Positions 10,390 to 19,923 of a DNA stretch of 64,000 nt are shown here, piece by piece (within the stretch, counting starts at the first letter, position 1; each line of letters opens with the position of its first letter). The stretch lies in the IMG/VR virus record IMGVR_UViG_3300021399_000104; one strand, written 5' to 3'. A program made the translations under genes and the position numbers. The notes below the pieces were generated by a model that searched no databases, was not told the DNA's origin, and worked only from the letters and a program-made list of their open reading frames with translations. Source of the stretch: an uncultured virus (IMG/VR IMGVR_UViG_3300021399_000104) (taxonomy: Duplodnaviria > Heunggongvirae > Uroviricota > Caudoviricetes).

Positions 10390-11295
10390 TTAATTTTTTA
10401 ATGTTAATAATTCTTTGTTTTTCTTGTATTCATTTATAAGGAATTCGTAGCGTTTCGGAATAATGTCAAAATTAATCTCTTTCTTTTTCTTATAGTGCAA
10501 ACAATCATGTAACATCCAGACTTCCGAAAAGGTGTCTACTGTTTCGTGTGGATTGTTGTTGTAGATGTAGCCAAATTTATCTTCATCTTTCTTCCAAACC
10601 TCCTCTAGCAGAACATTATAAACCTCATCAATGTTTTTACCATATAATTTGTCTGCGAGATCTATTACTCCTTCTCCTGGTGCAAAGTCAGACCATATAA
10701 TAGGCTGGCCAGTAAGACAATCTGTTTCAAAATCTATCTCGGAATGATTATGATGCTTAAAACTAATTCTTTGATTTGATGATGGCATTTCATTCTTAGT
10801 ATCAAAGAAGGAGTCAAAATCTATAACATAATCATATTTCTCAAGTAGTGGAACGAGATTTTCTTTCGCCCAGGCTAAATGTTCTTGCCGACGTGACATG
10901 ATAAATAGTTCATGTTCTAGTAGGTTGACTTTCTGGTAGCCTATGCATTGTTCAAACAGATCTAAAGTATGCCTGTTGTAAGCGGTAGGCTCTATTGAAA
11001 GTTCTATGCCATCTGTTGAACCGTCATGGAAGTTAGCCACATTACAAATAGGTGACTCAATGAATGCAGTATGGACAATATAGTTTTCATAGTTTATATC
11101 ATATTCTACTCCAGGCTCAAGTGACTCAAGATATTTGTGAAACTCTTCAGCCTCTTCCACATATAGATTAACCCTAAAACCTTCTCTTTCGAAGTCCACA
11201 ATTTCAAGTGCTCCATCAAGAAGGGTATAAGGTGCAACGGTTTCTTTGTATCCCTTTGAATAGAGAAAGTCCGCATATTCTTTTAACGTTTTCAT
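10390..11295 (-). CDS. Hypothetical protein
   Basis: 301-aa ORF. Confidence 0.75.
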   Translation of the reverse strand: MKTLKEYADFLYSKGYKETVAPYTLLDGALEIVDFEREGFRVNLYVEEAEEFHKYLESLEPGVEYDINYENYIVHTAFIESPICNVANFHDGSTDGIELSIEPTAYNRHTLDLFEQCIGYQKVNLLEHELFIMSRRQEHLAWAKENLVPLLEKYDYVIDFDSFFDTKNEMPSSNQRISFKHHNHSEIDFETDCLTGQPIIWSDFAPGEGVIDLADKLYGKNIDEVYNVLLEEVWKKDEDKFGYIYNNNPHETVDTFSEVWMLHDCLHYKKKKEINFDIIPKRYEFLINEYKKNKELLTLKN

Positions 11296-11732
11296 AACTT
11301 TTGAATTTGTTTAAGCTGCTCAATTTTATCAATTGTTTGTTGAAATTGTTTTTGAATAACCTCCAAATCTTCTGTAAGTCTTCGATACATATATTTATAC
11401 AGACTATTTTTGTTAGTTCCTATTATATATCCTTCAAAAAAGACAATTGATCCATCTTTGCTATTTATAACATTTCCACAGTTAGATGAACCAAAATCAA
11501 TGTTAAATTTCTTCTTTCCTTTTAGGCAAGATATGTAGAAATGTCCATGAGTTAAGTGCCATTTATAAACAACCTTTAGCTCTTCAAAACGATACCCATT
11601 ATCATCTGAAATTAGGATGTATAAAACGTCACCATTCTGGATTTCGCCAAAAGTTTTATCTCCTTCTATATAACTTGTGTCAGCGTATGTTTCATAAGGA
11701 GCATAACAATCATAAAACAACCTACTACTCAT
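11292..11732 (-). CDS. Hypothetical protein
   Basis: 146-aa coupled ORF. Confidence 0.7.
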   Translation of the reverse strand: MSSRLFYDCYAPYETYADTSYIEGDKTFGEIQNGDVLYILISDDNGYRFEELKVVYKWHLTHGHFYISCLKGKKKFNIDFGSSNCGNVINSKDGSIVFFEGYIIGTNKNSLYKYMYRRLTEDLEVIQKQFQQTIDKIEQLKQIQKL

Positions 11733-11733
11733 G

Positions 11734-11952
11734 TCATATTACTGATAAATAATGTTGTTTAAGACAGTTATATTCATTAATTCTCTGTTCTAATCTTTGT
11801 TTCTTAAGCTGGTAACTTGCTTTATCTATCCATCCAAGATAATACATCAAGTTCAGTTCATCTTTAGAAAACTGATACGCAGGCTTATCATCATAATATC
11901 CTTCTTCTGCTCTTTTGTATAGCCTATTTAGTAGTTCTTCTGTATCAATCAT
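11734..11952 (-). CDS. Hypothetical protein
   Basis: ATGA-coupled start MIDTEE. Confidence 0.6.
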   Translation of the reverse strand: MIDTEELLNRLYKRAEEGYYDDKPAYQFSKDELNLMYYLGWIDKASYQLKKQRLEQRINEYNCLKQHYLSVI

Positions 11953-12359
11953 ATTTTCCCCGTTTCTTTTAGCCAACAAACCAATTCAAAAGCAGCATCA
12001 ATAGAAGTTTCTCCTGTTACCGTTTTAGAGAAAGTTGCTGTTCCAGAATTGTCAAGTTGAATGTAATGTGCAGAATACCATTTTCCATTCATTGCTTTTC
12101 CAAATCCAAAATCAATTCCATCATTAAACTCTCCAAGATAAGGTGGAATTAGCTCTAATAATGCTGAAAGACTCCAAGCCAGAATACACTTATCTCCGTC
12201 AATTGGATATTTAAGTATGTCATACACTTCTTTAGGCATAGGTAAACTTTTGCTAACCTTACCATAAAAAGTAGTATAAATCATATCAGCAGTGTTAACA
12301 TCAATCCCAAGTTCAATGAGTTTTTGTGACTGATCTAGAGAGGTACAGATTTTATTCAT
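11949..12359 (-). CDS. Phage hypothetical protein (CTS..QS.KL / AWSLSALL family)
   Basis: 136-aa ORF. Confidence 0.7.
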   Translation of the reverse strand: MNKICTSLDQSQKLIELGIDVNTADMIYTTFYGKVSKSLPMPKEVYDILKYPIDGDKCILAWSLSALLELIPPYLGEFNDGIDFGFGKAMNGKWYSAHYIQLDNSGTATFSKTVTGETSIDAAFELVCWLKETGKI

Positions 12360-12363
12360 GGTA

Positions 12364-12629
12364 TTACGTTTTTCAAATATTTTAATCTATTATCAATTTG
12401 TTGTTTATTGTGTTGATAGATAAGTTTCATTGCCTCTAGTGGTATGTCAAAATCATTATATTGAACCACATTACCAAAAAAGACAGATGTAGCTCCGAAT
12501 AATCCAACAACCTGGCCTTTTTTTTTATTTATAGGTTAGATCACAGAGAAAATAATAAAGCCCCTCAACGACTTTTGTATGAGGTTTATTATTAATCCGT
12601 TCTCCTAGTTTTCTTATGAGTTCTTTCAT
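12364..12629 (-). pseudogene. Frameshifted small gene
   Basis: MKELIRK...LTYK* then a second open frame KKKGQVVG...YLKT*, with the break beside an A9 run. Confidence 0.5.
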
Positions 12630-12964
12630 TTCTTCATAAGACTTTTTCCTATTTCTAAACCTTTTTTATAAGCTTCTTCTGGCGATACTTCAAATGGTTT
12701 ATCTCCAAAAATAGGATGAGAGCAATTATATGTTTTGTAGATAAGATCACAAACATCCTGATTATAATACCCAGCGAAATATCCCAGATTTAACTTTGCT
12801 ATTTCTGTGGATTTCTCCAAAGAATAATTATTTTTTATAGAGATTTGCTTGACGTATTCTCTGAAAAATTCTTGAGATTCAGTTTTATCCTCTTCTTTAG
12901 CAAGTTTCAGAGCAAAATCAAACAATTCGCCCATTGTATCTAGTTCTTTTCCTTTATAATTCAT
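12626..12964 (-). CDS. Hypothetical protein
   Basis: NLGYFAGYY, HPIFG motifs. Confidence 0.7.
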   Translation of the reverse strand: MNYKGKELDTMGELFDFALKLAKEEDKTESQEFFREYVKQISIKNNYSLEKSTEIAKLNLGYFAGYYNQDVCDLIYKTYNCSHPIFGDKPFEVSPEEAYKKGLEIGKSLMKK

Positions 12965-13155
12965 ATTTTCTTCTTTTTATTAGTATATTGATTAAACGGA
13001 CACATTAAACAAGGATAAGGGACTATTTCATCCATAGTTACAAATCCTGGTCTCTCATCCAAAATATCACAATGAGGTACTACGTGATCTAATGGTAATG
13101 GAAAGTCAGTCCAATAATGTTCACAACTCTTACATAGGTCTTGTTGTTCAGTCAT
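12961..13155 (-). CDS. Small Cys-rich protein
   Basis: CxxC motifs. Confidence 0.6.
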   Translation of the reverse strand: MTEQQDLCKSCEHYWTDFPLPLDHVVPHCDILDERPGFVTMDEIVPYPCLMCPFNQYTNKKKKI

Positions 13156-13633
13156 ACATATCTTCAGGTGCTTCTAATGCCAAACCTTTAGGGATTAAAC
13201 CATTGACATCAAAGTGGTGTTTCAGTAACCATTTTAATAAGACACCACAGCTGACACAGACTGAATACAATAGATTATCCATTCCTTCGTGGCTTATTTC
13301 TCCGTAAGGTTCTGGTCTATTTTTCTTTATCAGCTCATTTATTTCTTGTCTCTCCTTTTCTGTCATTGAAGAAAGAGAACGAAGATAAGGTACAGAGCGT
13401 TCTAAGTCACAAATATGTTCTTCACCTGGATCATCGCTATCACTACTTTCTATAATTGTTGTAGTTTTCTCGTCTAATGCATTGACTTGAACTAAATAAC
13501 CCCTCTTATACCAGAATTGTCCGGTGTAATTTCCATCATTGTCAACGAATCTATCAGCATGTCGGACTATTACATTAAATGGTAGCCTTTCACTCATGTC
13601 TACAAATAATAGCTCTTCTAATTGTTCATTCAT
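13148..13633 (-). CDS. Phage hypothetical protein
   Basis: PYLR.LSSMTEKE, WLLKHHFD..GLI.KGLA. Confidence 0.75.
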   Translation of the reverse strand: MNEQLEELLFVDMSERLPFNVIVRHADRFVDNDGNYTGQFWYKRGYLVQVNALDEKTTTIIESSDSDDPGEEHICDLERSVPYLRSLSSMTEKERQEINELIKKNRPEPYGEISHEGMDNLLYSVCVSCGVLLKWLLKHHFDVNGLIPKGLALEAPEDMYD

Positions 13634-14753
13634 CTTTTACTAATGTTTTTAATTTTTGTAATAAGGATTGTAGCCGTTTTGTATTATTTTCATAAGGACT
13701 AGCATAACCACTTTCACCTAGACTCCTTACAAAATGTTCAAACGCCATTACTTCCTCCTTTTCTGGTTTCCAATTGGCGTGAAGTTGAAGAGACCTGAGC
13801 CATTCAATATTTTTCTCTATGCTCTCTTTACCATATTGATTATAAGCTCCAAGACTTTTAGCATACTCTAGAATTTGAATAGTTGATGCTAATCTTACTT
13901 CGTCTTCACTATTCCACGTTAATTTTTGTGGTCTAAGTGATTTCAACCATTCAATATCCTGTTCTTGTTGGTAAATAGTGTCCGTATCTCCCTTTCTATT
14001 GTACCACAGAAAATCGATTATCCTTTGCAATGTCTTACTATCCTTCTCATTCCACTCGGCTGGATTTTGTTGAATATAATCTGTAACCAAATCAGCTGTT
14101 TCATCTATTAACTGCTGCTTATAGTTTTCAGGTTCGTCTTCTAACTTTACCAACTCCTTCTTATCAAAATTAAAGGTATATCCGGCGTTATTTATCGCTT
14201 TCTCAAGGGTATCCCACTGTTCTTTAGTAGCTGGAGTATAGTCATTATCCTTATCAGGTTCTCCAAAATTACAAGTTTTCGTGCCATTGAGTAGGTTTTC
14301 TTCATAAGCTTGAACAATGCCCTTTTCAATGCCCATGAATATAAAAGTACCGCCATTATGAACAAGCACATCACCCTTCCTTACATCTTTAAAGGTCCAC
14401 AAATGAAAAGTCTCGTCTGCCCATTTTATCTTTGGTAGTGATTCAGAGTCATTTATATCTTTTAAAAGATAATGAGTATTTGAAATTTCTACAACCTGCC
14501 AAACGTTATCACAATTATCTACAACCCAATCACCTGTCGTAAATTTATGTTTTAAAGCAGTTTCAGTAGTTTCTATTTTTTCTTTTTCTAGCCAAGAGAT
14601 ATAGTCGACATACTTTACATAGAGGCCGGAATCGGAACCATTAATATGAATAAATTCTCCTTCTCTATCCTCTTCTGTGTCTTTTACTGTAGTTACCTTA
14701 CCTAGCGGCTTAATCTTAACTACTTCTTCTAAGTATTTCTCAATTTGTTTCAT
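13626..14753 (-). CDS. Modular repeat protein, paralogue of 2564..4819
   Basis: KF..GDW, LWTFKDVRKGDVL, PATKEQ, WKP modules. Confidence 0.8.
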   Translation of the reverse strand: MKQIEKYLEEVVKIKPLGKVTTVKDTEEDREGEFIHINGSDSGLYVKYVDYISWLEKEKIETTETALKHKFTTGDWVVDNCDNVWQVVEISNTHYLLKDINDSESLPKIKWADETFHLWTFKDVRKGDVLVHNGGTFIFMGIEKGIVQAYEENLLNGTKTCNFGEPDKDNDYTPATKEQWDTLEKAINNAGYTFNFDKKELVKLEDEPENYKQQLIDETADLVTDYIQQNPAEWNEKDSKTLQRIIDFLWYNRKGDTDTIYQQEQDIEWLKSLRPQKLTWNSEDEVRLASTIQILEYAKSLGAYNQYGKESIEKNIEWLRSLQLHANWKPEKEEVMAFEHFVRSLGESGYASPYENNTKRLQSLLQKLKTLVKDE

Positions 14754-14776
14754 AGGTCTTTAAGTTCTTGTTCTAG

Positions 14777-15001
14777 TTATTCCTTTTTATTATATAGTGC
14801 TTGTAAGAATTCAGTGCTAATGACATGAGTTGCCAGATATTCTACATTAGACATATCTTCATGTGTTTTGCAGTCGGGATTAAAATTATATTTCACTGTT
14901 TCTCCATTATTGTGAATTATAATTGTAGCGTTCAGAACATTATCAATTTTGTCTATTGTTTCTATTATTCTTTTAGCTTTTTTGTAGGTATCTCGAGTCA
15001 T
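14777..15001 (-). CDS. Hypothetical protein
   Basis: 74-aa coupled ORF. Confidence 0.55.
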   Translation of the reverse strand: MTRDTYKKAKRIIETIDKIDNVLNATIIIHNNGETVKYNFNPDCKTHEDMSNVEYLATHVISTEFLQALYNKKE

Positions 15002-15279
15002 AGTGATTTTGAAAGTTTATGTAGCTGTTCGATACCCCACTCTAAGGCTTCAATATCTCTTTGTCTATTACATCCTCTTTGGTCTTGGTCGATTGCTCCT
15101 TCCAGACCACGTTCCAAGATATCCAAGAGTCTTCTTACACATCTTTCTTCTTTAGTCTCACACAGTTCAGGGAAATTATCTTTAACCCATGCTCGTATCC
15201 CTTCGTTGTGTGGATTAGCATTTATAAGATCTAGGACAGCTTTTTGAACTCTTTTCTTGTAATCATTCTCTGTTTCCAT
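14998..15279 (-). CDS. Hypothetical protein
   Basis: FPEL.E..EE motif as in 2564..4819. Confidence 0.65.
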   Translation of the reverse strand: METENDYKKRVQKAVLDLINANPHNEGIRAWVKDNFPELCETKEERCVRRLLDILERGLEGAIDQDQRGCNRQRDIEALEWGIEQLHKLSKSL

Positions 15280-15937
15280 GTTCTTCGATTATAGTTGATT
15301 GTTTTAAGAATGGGCAATTATTTAGAACCCCTTTATCATTTCTATAATCCTCATCGCCTGAACTTTTATAGACTTTAATGTATCTATTAAGTTCTTCGCA
15401 TCTATCGTGTGTGTAATCATCATCAGTATCATAAAATGCGCGTTTAGGACAATCATTACAACCATTAAACCTAGTTATTTCAATGTAGGTAAACTCGTTA
15501 GACGTAAGTGGTTTCAATTTACTCTCAGCCACTAATCGATCATAAATTTCTAAGAGGGCTGCATGTGGTGTATTATGTTGTTTGCTAGTAAAAACGAAGG
15601 TATCAGTGTTTCCTCGGTTTTCATTGTTCATAGCATCGCATACCCACATCTCATCCACAATACAAAGATTAACATTTATCTTAGAGTTCCTTATGTATTC
15701 TAAGAAAGTTGACATCTGTAGTTGTATTTTTGTGGCGGCCAGAGAAGAATCAGTTACTAAAGTCATCTCGTCTTCAGCAACTCTTCCAATACCAGAACAC
15801 ACAGGCACCTCAGGAAAGTCATTTACTAAACAGTCCACCTTATATAGATAATCATGCGGATAATTTTCTATATCAGTTATCTTATAAATTTTTCCTTTAT
15901 ATTTAATTATTTCACCTATACTAAATTTAGGATTCAT
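15263..15937 (-). CDS. Hypothetical protein, first gene of leftward operon
   Basis: 224 aa, Cys-rich C-terminus. Confidence 0.75.
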   Translation of the reverse strand: MNPKFSIGEIIKYKGKIYKITDIENYPHDYLYKVDCLVNDFPEVPVCSGIGRVAEDEMTLVTDSSLAATKIQLQMSTFLEYIRNSKINVNLCIVDEMWVCDAMNNENRGNTDTFVFTSKQHNTPHAALLEIYDRLVAESKLKPLTSNEFTYIEITRFNGCNDCPKRAFYDTDDDYTHDRCEELNRYIKVYKSSGDEDYRNDKGVLNNCPFLKQSTIIEEHGNRE

Positions 15938-15964
15938 TTTTCATTCTTTATTTAATTTAATTAT

Positions 15965-16040
15965 TCACTTATAAGGAATAAAAACGGGGTTAAAATAGAG
16001 AAAAGGGGAATTATGGGAGGGGTAAATTTCTTATAAGTGA
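15965..16040. promoter_or_regulatory. Divergent promoter pair (CTTATAAGTGA motif)
   Basis: Motif on minus at 15965-15978 and on plus at 16028-16040, at the strand switch. Confidence 0.7.
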
Positions 16041-16090
16041 TAAAGCCATAATAAAATGGTAATTATTAATAAACTTAAAAACAAAAAGAC

Positions 16091-16519
16091 ATGAAAAAGA
16101 TTATCTATGTTTTGATGGTTGTGGTAGCTGGTTTGGCTCTGCAATCATGTGATGGTAAAGGTAAGAGTAGTAATGATACCCCAAAACTCCTTTACAATGT
16201 TACAGCGACAGCCGAAGGGGAGGTTAATTTCACTTGGTTTAATGGTGGCGCAGAAGTTAATGGTTTCGCCCAAGTTTTCCAGTGTAATGATTCAACTAAT
16301 ACCCTTAAAGCTGAGAAGAATGCAATCCCACTGGCTAATGCTCTTGTTTCTAATGATGCAGAGGTTAGTAAGAGTGCAAACTTCATTAATTCTATGCTTA
16401 AGGTGAATAGTCCTACCGGTAATTATAAGTTGACCGTTAAGGGTTATGTTAAATACGGTGCAATGGTCTTTATGATTGATGAGACTTATCCAAAAGAAGC
16501 ACCAGATAGCATACAGTAA
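16091..16519 (+). CDS. Lipoprotein
   Basis: MKK-hydrophobic-LQSC lipobox. Confidence 0.8.
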   Translation: MKKIIYVLMVVVAGLALQSCDGKGKSSNDTPKLLYNVTATAEGEVNFTWFNGGAEVNGFAQVFQCNDSTNTLKAEKNAIPLANALVSNDAEVSKSANFINSMLKVNSPTGNYKLTVKGYVKYGAMVFMIDETYPKEAPDSIQ

Positions 16520-16539
16520 AAATAAAAAAAAATCTTCCA

Positions 16540-16845
16540 AAATCATCGGAACCTGTATAAAGGAACCGTGGGCGAAATGTAAGTATGTATCATCTAGTTT
16601 TAGGTGACGGAGGAGATAGGCTAGTCTGTCTATTACTGCTTACTAAACGTGTGAGAACAAAGGAAGTGATGGGGCAAAAAATAGTAATTAGGGACTTCAA
16701 CAAACGCCGGCAATGTTCAAGCTATTACCCCCAATCTTGTTTAGTCATGATAAGACGATCTAACATAGAAATAGACGATATAATATTTCATGACACCCGT
16801 TCTCAACAAGTCAAACACTTGGGAGTAGGTGGAAGCCCTACAAAT
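16540..16845 (+). ncRNA. Candidate structured ncRNA
   Basis: Nested helices GTAAGTA/TGCTTAC, TGAGAAC/GTTCTCA, GTCATGA/TCATGAC; terminal GTAGG-TGGAAGC-CCTAC. Confidence 0.45.
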
Positions 16846-16846
16846 T

Positions 16847-16950
16847 GGGAATGTAGCTCAGAGGCAAGAGCTTGGGAATTAATGACTTTATTGTAGGTCA
16901 CCTGTGAAAGTACAATATCGAGAGCGTGGGTTCGAATCCCATCATTCCCA
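16847..16950 (+). tRNA. tRNA-like RNA with aberrant 54-nt central domain; no anticodon assignable
   Basis: GGGAATG/CATTCCC acceptor, GCTC-AGAGGCAA-GAGC D arm, GTGGG-TTCGAAT-CCCAT T arm. Confidence 0.7.
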
Positions 16951-16975
16951 CTCTAAAAATAAAAAATTAGAGAAT

Positions 16976-17524
16976 ATGAAAAAGACTTTGTTGATTTTAG
17001 CAGCTATGATTGTGTCTTTGACTTTATCAGCTCAAAGCACATTTGTTTATTATGGTCACTTATCTAAAAACACATCACTCGGCTTTGGATTAAATGGAAA
17101 TGATGTAATCTTAAGTCTTATGGAGGTTAATAAGTCTAGAAATTTTGACTCATTCTGCCTTAAGATATATGTTGATGTAGAGTCCTATATGAAAGAAGAC
17201 ACTATCTATCACCTTGAACTTGGTGGAAGAAAGGTTGCTCATCAGAAGGATTATAAGATGACCCTAGAAGATTATAACAGATTGAAGCGAATTTTAAATT
17301 ATCAGGCTCAGGTTATGGTCAATGGAGAATTAATAAACGGAGCTAAATTTACTGGTGTTTTGAGAGTCCTTGAAGTAGAACAAAAACTATTTATGAGAGG
17401 AAAGATGCAAAATGTCCGTAAAGTTTCTATATGGAATTGGAATCATAGGAGCGTGGAAATGATGAGATTTAAACTCCCTAACGTGAAAGACTTTAGGTAC
17501 GTTCGTCAAACTCCTCACCAGTAA
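16976..17524 (+). CDS. Secreted protein
   Basis: Signal peptide MKKTLLILAAMIVSLTLSA-Q. Confidence 0.75.
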   Translation: MKKTLLILAAMIVSLTLSAQSTFVYYGHLSKNTSLGFGLNGNDVILSLMEVNKSRNFDSFCLKIYVDVESYMKEDTIYHLELGGRKVAHQKDYKMTLEDYNRLKRILNYQAQVMVNGELINGAKFTGVLRVLEVEQKLFMRGKMQNVRKVSIWNWNHRSVEMMRFKLPNVKDFRYVRQTPHQ

Positions 17525-17620
17525 AAGAAAAAAAAGAGAAAGTAATTATAGGGAAAAGCTATGATGAAATCTCTTTTTTTTCTGTGGACTCTCTATTCCT
17601 TATAATAAAAGATAACTATT

Positions 17621-18067
17621 ATGACAATAAATTGGAAAAGTGAAGAATATAAGATTGAAGATATTTTTATTAATGGAAAAACAATAAAAACAGTCTTATT
17701 TACGCCCTCTCACCCAGATGATAGCTTTAAATGGGTAGGGAAAACGTATTATACTAATCCTATCATAAAGGGAATTTTTTGGATTGTTTCTAAATTTAGT
17801 CCATTATCACTGGAAGAACTTTTATATAGAGGTGATCTTTTGGAGGATGGTGCTATGAGCGATACAAGACTAATCGATACTGCCTATTACTACTTCGATA
17901 AAGAAAGTCATGTCGTTTATACTAAAGCTAAAGTAACTATTCAATATACTACTTCGGCTAATGACTATGATAATTTTAGGTTCGACACTGATGAAGAAGC
18001 AAAACAATTTATGAACACTATAATTACCAAAACAAATGAAGGAACGAACTGCACAGGAAGAAGCTAA
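17621..18067 (+). CDS. Hypothetical protein
   Basis: 148 aa, preceded by TTCCTTATAA motif. Confidence 0.7.
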   Translation: MTINWKSEEYKIEDIFINGKTIKTVLFTPSHPDDSFKWVGKTYYTNPIIKGIFWIVSKFSPLSLEELLYRGDLLEDGAMSDTRLIDTAYYYFDKESHVVYTKAKVTIQYTTSANDYDNFRFDTDEEAKQFMNTIITKTNEGTNCTGRS

Positions 18068-18383
18068 GCTAATTCTAACAGATCTGGGTGAAAATCCTAA
18101 TATGAGTTTAGAGGAGATTAAAGATTATCTCAAAACCAAATGGAGGATTTATACCAAAGTTACTAAGATGTCATACAATCCCAACTATGGAGAAGAAGAT
18201 GAATGGAATAGAGATGGTTGGGCATATGATGACTACTATGATGAGAAACCAGGGAATGATGACAAGAGAAATTGGTTTACCGAAGACTTCAACAGATACC
18301 TTACACAAGATGAAGCCGAATGGTGGAGTGTAGTTGAGGGATTGGCTTTTGTGTCATTGTACCTGGTAAAGAAAAAACGATAA
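18036..18383 (+). CDS. Hypothetical protein
   Basis: 115 aa. Confidence 0.7.
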   Translation: MKERTAQEEAKLILTDLGENPNMSLEEIKDYLKTKWRIYTKVTKMSYNPNYGEEDEWNRDGWAYDDYYDEKPGNDDKRNWFTEDFNRYLTQDEAEWWSVVEGLAFVSLYLVKKKR

Positions 18384-18428
18384 AAAAAAATTAAAGAGAT
18401 TGGAAAATTAAATTCCTTTCTCTTTTTT
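18382..18428. terminator. Bidirectional terminator, repeated at 28757-28808
   Basis: A-tract AAAGAGATTGGAAAATTAAATTCCTTTCTCTTT T-tract between convergent genes. Confidence 0.75.
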
Positions 18429-18721
18429 TATTCTATGTCCCTAATGTTGAGATAATTATAAAACTTTTTCTTTAATATATCATCAGTATAGTAGAAGAGT
18501 TGAAGATCAAATATCATCCCCCATGTTATCACTCTAATGCTTTTATAGGTGCCTGTGCTGTTAAAGAAATAACCTTTAAAGGAGAGATAAATGGATGTTC
18601 CTATTGTTGTTTGAAAATTAAGAAATCTACCCATTGTTAATCCTATAGCGACCAGACTCCTATATTTTGTTTTATCACCATCACAAAGTCTATCTGCTAT
18701 CTTAAAATTTAATAACTTCAT
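18428..18721 (-). CDS. Array paralogue
   Basis: MKLLNFKIADRL. Confidence 0.65.
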   Translation of the reverse strand: MKLLNFKIADRLCDGDKTKYRSLVAIGLTMGRFLNFQTTIGTSIYLSFKGYFFNSTGTYKSIRVITWGMIFDLQLFYYTDDILKKKFYNYLNIRDIE

Positions 18722-18725
18722 AAGC

Positions 18726-19064
18726 TTAGCTTGTAAAAGGAAAACCTCTTCTAAATAAATGAAATGCTAGTGGATTTAAGTCATAGCTAATAAAGACTGA
18801 AGCAATGAAACCTGTCTTTTTCATAAATGCTGAGACGTGTAGCCTTTGCTGACTTATATTATAGGATGTGATAGAGAAACGCACCTCATCATTAATAAAT
18901 TCCATCCCACTCGAATACCTGCATCCATTATACTTATAAATTCTAGTAACAGCTCTTTGACATAGGTTGACTATTACTGCTATATTCTCCTTTATGAATG
19001 GATTATGACAATAACAAAGACTATGACTCAGTCCTTTAGCCAACCTCACCTGCATTATTTTCAT
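18726..19064 (-). CDS. Array paralogue
   Basis: MKIMQVRLAKGL. Confidence 0.65.
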   Translation of the reverse strand: MKIMQVRLAKGLSHSLCYCHNPFIKENIAVIVNLCQRAVTRIYKYNGCRYSSGMEFINDEVRFSITSYNISQQRLHVSAFMKKTGFIASVFISYDLNPLAFHLFRRGFPFTS

Positions 19065-19350
19065 TAATCTCTTTTATTTCTATTTTTCGTTTTGGCACTA
19101 TATCTTTACACAAGGGAACTGACACATTATATTTTCTCTGTTTTTGATTTGGATAGTGTGTTAGGTACATGATGTTTATTATCAGTTCCTGTTGTAAATC
19201 ATCAGCCCATCCAGGTATTGCATCGTAAAGACATCTGATCCACATTCCTTTTTCTGGAATATTACACTTACCAGACGCAACAGTCATTAAAATCCAAGGA
19301 ATACCAACATCTTTGAAAAATATTGCTTGTTTAATCTGCCAAAACTTCAT
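19036..19350 (-). CDS. Array paralogue
   Basis: MKFWQIKQAIFF. Confidence 0.65.
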   Translation of the reverse strand: MKFWQIKQAIFFKDVGIPWILMTVASGKCNIPEKGMWIRCLYDAIPGWADDLQQELIINIMYLTHYPNQKQRKYNVSVPLCKDIVPKRKIEIKEINENNAGEVG

Positions 19351-19645
19351 AGTTAGTAAATTTAAATCTTTTATTATGCTCCCGCTCCCTTATTAATCTT
19401 ATTTTTATCATTCGAGCAGATGACAGCTTTTGTCCTGGTTTAAAAATAATTAATTTTACAGTAGTTTCTATTAAATTAATAGACTCACATCTAGTAGGAT
19501 AAGATCGAAGTAGTAAACATTCTCCAACTAGAACAATATCTCCAACTCTATCAGACAATAAGTAGGTAAAAATAATAGACAACAGTTTCTTATGCGACTC
19601 TGTTTTGCCTAATTTCTTCGCCAATTGAACTGTCTGCTCTTTCAT
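19331..19645 (-). CDS. Array paralogue
   Basis: MKEQTVQLAKKL. Confidence 0.65.
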   Translation of the reverse strand: MKEQTVQLAKKLGKTESHKKLLSIIFTYLLSDRVGDIVLVGECLLLRSYPTRCESINLIETTVKLIIFKPGQKLSSARMIKIRLIREREHNKRFKFTNYEVLAD

Positions 19646-19923
19646 TCTATGTCATAAAAGTAGTTAATTACACAGCTCACTAACCTATTCTTTATTATCA
19701 CTACATTAAATCTACACGCCATAATTGACTTGTTTCTTGTTAAATTAACTATGTAACTATTATTATCTGTTTTTATGGGGTAGAGTAAATATTCACCTAT
19801 CTGCCAATATTCCTTCTCATTATCCTCATTATTATAATTGATAACAGTTGAAATAACTAAAGCTAGAACCTTATATATCCTTGATTTTCTTTTCTTAGCA
19901 TCAAGAAGCTGCATCAATTTCAT
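19642..19923 (-). CDS. Array paralogue
   Basis: MKLMQLLDAKKR. Confidence 0.65.
   Translation of the reverse strand: MKLMQLLDAKKRKSRIYKVLALVISTVINYNNEDNEKEYWQIGEYLLYPIKTDNNSYIVNLTRNKSIMACRFNVVIIKNRLVSCVINYFYDIE

Noticed and set aside
1138..15906. Plus-strand ORFs opposite the leftward operon, and similar antisense ORFs elsewhere
   Set aside because: Shadow frames of real genes with Phe/Ser/Ile-rich composition and no motifs
16540..16950. tmRNA or RNase P RNA
   Set aside because: A full D arm is present, there is no alanine G3.U70 identity or tag frame, and no RNase P signature
16585..16975. ORF 16585..16896 and the GTG extension of 16904..17524
   Set aside because: They overlap the tRNA-like RNA; the signal peptide points to a start at 16976
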